From a virus (lineage: Duplodnaviria; Caudoviricetes): a stretch of 57,470 bases of DNA. A model generated the notes under the pieces. That model worked only from the letters and a program-made list of their open reading frames with translations, was not told where the DNA came from and made no database searches. This document shows, piece after piece, positions 56,101 through 57,470 of the stretch (within the stretch, counting starts at the first letter, position 1; every line of letters starts with the position of its first letter). A program made the position numbers and the translations under genes. The DNA lies in the IMG/VR virus record IMGVR_UViG_3300026097_001066, positions 1-57,470 of that record; one strand, 5' to 3'.

Positions 56101-56577
56101 AACTTTAATAAATTGTTCGTACCAATCAGGATTGCTTGGATCGTTCCATACTATGGTTTGGTTTTCTAGATTTAAATTATTTGAATCTCTGATTTCTTCT
56201 GTGGTTCTAATACTTTCTAACTTTAAAAGCCCGTTAGCGGCTTGTACTCTCTTGGGATTGTAAGAAAGCAAACGAGCAAGCCTAAGCACACTTTCTCTGC
56301 GTTCGGCAAGTTCTAGATAATTTTCTCTTGCATTAAGATCTATACGGAAGGCAATGTTTTGACCTAGATAGGCTATAAGATCTATGAGAGCAAGATATTC
56401 AGAACTTTCAATGTAGTCGTTGAAGTCTTCTGGATAATTCTGTCTAAGATAGTTTATCATTGTTCTGCGGAGATTATCAAAGTCATAGCTTTGAAAATCC
56501 GCATTACGGAAGGTCTGATATACCCGCTTCCAATCTTCTGCTAGTAGTAGTCTGTTTTGTCTATCTGTGGATGACAT
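53167..56577 (-). CDS. gp6: baseplate wedge subunit, T4 gp6-like
   Basis: SYDFDNLR...DFNDY, LIDLIAY, ENYLELAERRESVLRLARLLSYNPKR, FSDGTFG, IKRNAPSTYYTQNRMVTAEDY. Confidence 0.85.
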   Translation of the reverse strand: MSSTDRQNRLLLAEDWKRVYQTFRNADFQSYDFDNLRRTMINYLRQNYPEDFNDYIESSEYLALIDLIAYLGQNIAFRIDLNARENYLELAERRESVLRLARLLSYNPKRVQAANGLLKLESIRTTEEIRDSNNLNLENQTIVWNDPSNPDWYEQFIKVLNTALPVNGTFGKPAKRDTVNGVPTEQYRLSSNNSEVPVYSFSKTVDGRSTRFEITSTDIVDSIIQEESPFPGNNFALLYRDDGRGPASSNSGFFCHFRQGSLDQGVFTVTNPSTNQVIAVDATNVNNSDIWLYKLDSFGNEEEQWTRVDAVEGNNIIYNSLSKSIRNIYSVLTRAEDRISLIFSDGTFGNLPKGTFRVYYRTSRKERVIVTPDDMSGISITIPYITRTGKVEDLTMTFELKYTIDNSSTSETNASIKRNAPSTYYTQNRMVTAEDYQVAPLNVSQEIVKVKSVNRTASGISRYFDLIDATGKYSKTNLFGTDGVLYKEFLTPKTTFTFNTRTDVEGVIVNTIQPILNDKKIRNYYYNSFPKVLVGDLQVSWTQLSSDTNLSTGYLQNRDGIIAELGSFTGSILSLVVPGTLLKFVPPQGYYFTPTGELTTENVKGSVSYKWVKVLSVDGAGTVTQDNGSGPVALNDAIPSTALLTEIRTSLPNSLEDDVATQVIDQIFAYKTFGLRYAQGQQAWRLVTENNLNVADEFSTGKTGDTTNQQLDASWLLLFETDGETYTITFRGMRYVFESDEEIRFYYDGSDKIYNNLTGKIVKDKIKILNINTQPNDIVPFTVDFDWEIIEEYRDAEGYVDSKKIQISFFDEDDDGVVDNPQLFEDIVNEEFLTLTKYIFLEKVTTADGVDDFRYISNADLNVKVKENKNSQIIISQEQDGQLFYFAQEDIFQTLDKTTGTFSTVNNYRARLGRDDLKFQYIHAADSNSRIDPSASNLIDMYILTKAYDIQFRQWLDGTVANRPLPPSSDNLFTSYGSQLNQIKSLSDEIIYHPVKYKILFGTKAETDLQATFKIVKNPDLVLNDNDVKSRVIASVNEFFALENWDFGDKFYFSELSSYVMNELSPDLVTFVIVPVQESQSFGSLFEIKSESDEIFISGATVDDVEIIDAVTATRLKASGVVVTTSTTSNTGIQSS

Positions 56578-56600
56578 ATACGCTTTCCTATATTACAAAG

Positions 56601-56607
56601 TATTTAT
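56601..56607 (-). promoter_or_regulatory. putative late promoter (ATAAATA)
   Basis: Upstream of SD AGGA and ATG 56577. Confidence 0.55.
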
Positions 56608-56616
56608 TTGATTGAA

Positions 56617-56632
56617 TTATGTGCGTATATAA
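56617..56632. promoter_or_regulatory. 16-bp palindromic motif TTATGTGCGTATATAA
   Basis: Exact reverse complement of 12651-12666; intergenic. Confidence 0.7.
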
Positions 56633-57079
56633 TTAATTGAGGATTCCTGCATTTTCGTCAAAGGTTAATCGAAGTTGCTCGGAAATATTATACGGTAAGT
56701 AGACCAGTCTACATTCAATTTGTATGCCGCTTTCGTAACTGTCAACAGTGATCTGTTCTACTTGCACTCTAGGATCATAATTTACAATTCTTTGCACATT
56801 TAATATAATTGCTTCTCTTAAATTATCTGTAAGAGGTTCAAAAATTACATCCCAAATAATGGTGCCAAACTCGGGATCACTTAGTTTTTCTCCTTGTCTT
56901 ATATGAAAATGATTGATAAGGTCTTGTTTGATAAGAGCAATATCATATAGTACCCAGCTAGTATTATCCGGATTGACAGTGCTGATGCCCCGATATGCAC
57001 GACTTCCGGATGCAACTTCAATCTTATTGTTACCCTTAACCGTAATTTGTTTGTATAAACTTTTTTCTCTTGTGCTCAT
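56633..57079 (-). CDS. gp25: baseplate wedge subunit gp25-like (GPW/gp25 family)
   Basis: LIKQDLINHFHIRQGEKLSDPEFGTIIWDVIFEP...YDPRV. Confidence 0.88.
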   Translation of the reverse strand: MSTREKSLYKQITVKGNNKIEVASGSRAYRGISTVNPDNTSWVLYDIALIKQDLINHFHIRQGEKLSDPEFGTIIWDVIFEPLTDNLREAIILNVQRIVNYDPRVQVEQITVDSYESGIQIECRLVYLPYNISEQLRLTFDENAGILN

Positions 57080-57084
57080 ATCAA

Positions 57085-57091
57085 TATTTAC
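57085..57091 (-). promoter_or_regulatory. putative late promoter (GTAAATA), leaderless geometry
   Basis: 5 nt upstream of ATG 57079, no SD. Confidence 0.5.
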
Positions 57092-57469
57092 CTAGGTAGA
57101 TTTTCGGAATGTATCGGGTAAATTTAAATCTGTTAACTTAACTTCTGTTGGAACTTCGGCAGTTGTAATGTCTGTTTTTTCAAATGTAAAATTTGCAGGA
57201 TTTAAATTTTCATGCTGTGGCCACGGTTCGTGTTGTGGTAGCCTTTTGTGTAAAGATTCTGATGCTGTCACAGTTTCGCCCGATAGATCAAAAGTATCTA
57301 AAGGTTGAGCTTTTTGTGCAACAGGTCCATTCATGTCAATTCTAGTAGCTGTTTCTGTGTGGTTGCCGCCGCTGTTGATATCAATATTTCCTATTGTTGT
57401 AATTTTATTGTCGCCGCCTACATATATTTGCCAATTTTTTACACTTTCTAGATTTACATTGTTATTTGC
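57092..57469 (-). CDS. C-terminal part of gp5-like baseplate spike (partial)
   Basis: Frame open to the window edge: ...VGGDNKITTIGNIDINSGGNHTETATRIDMNGP...RLPQHEPWPQHEN. 8-residue beta-helix periodicity; located upstream of gp25. Confidence 0.7.
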   Translation of the reverse strand, partial: ANNNVNLESVKNWQIYVGGDNKITTIGNIDINSGGNHTETATRIDMNGPVAQKAQPLDTFDLSGETVTASESLHKRLPQHEPWPQHENLNPANFTFEKTDITTAEVPTEVKLTDLNLPDTFRKST

Positions 57470-57470
57470 T

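Noticed and set aside
38004-56577. Inteins or introns in the giant genes
   Set aside because: No C/S...HN-C/S/T splice motifs, LAGLIDADG blocks or frame interruptions recognised by eye.
1-57470. Stop-codon reassignment (code 15 or 4) as in some large phages
   Set aside because: ORFs tile the window densely under code 11, including a 15-kb ORF, and TAG, TGA and TAA all end genes at sensible boundaries.
1-57470. tRNA, rRNA or structured ncRNA genes; a bacterial chromosomal origin for the enzyme island
   Set aside because: Intergenic gaps are under 100 nt with no cloverleaf signatures. The island shares phage late-promoter boxes and the 16-bp motif with the baseplate genes, and no integrase or housekeeping genes are present.

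Overview
Segment of a large T4-like (contractile-tailed) dsDNA phage genome, standard genetic code. From left to right: (1) the end of a probable MoxR-type AAA ATPase, a DUF2201-type metallopeptidase/VWA gene and small hypothetical genes (+). (2) A fibre-like virion gene (3001-4437, +). (3) A ~26 kb enzyme island (4482-30862) encoding 11 radical SAM enzymes (5 with an N-terminal twitch-like Fe-S domain, 5 with C-terminal twitch-like domains, 1 cobalamin-dependent), 6 Fe(II)/2OG-type oxygenases, a membrane desaturase, an SDR, a QueC-like PP-loop enzyme, a PLP-fold enzyme, a methyltransferase-like protein and 3 glycosyltransferase-like genes (4 GT-A domains). (4) A tail/baseplate module on the - strand (30915-57470): gp5-like spike end, gp25, gp6, a 5049-aa wedge-like protein, three paralogous fibres and a Ser/Thr-rich virion protein. 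The best candidate for a new system is the enzyme island. It resembles a secondary-metabolite sugar-tailoring cluster but sits between virion fibre genes, so it may build a hypermodified glycan on virion proteins (or on DNA). Non-coding signals include two near-consensus sigma70 promoters, T4-like late promoters (four positioned to give leaderless mRNAs) and a recurring 16-bp palindrome TTATRTRCGYAYATAA. All family assignments come from motifs read by eye; no database searches were run.
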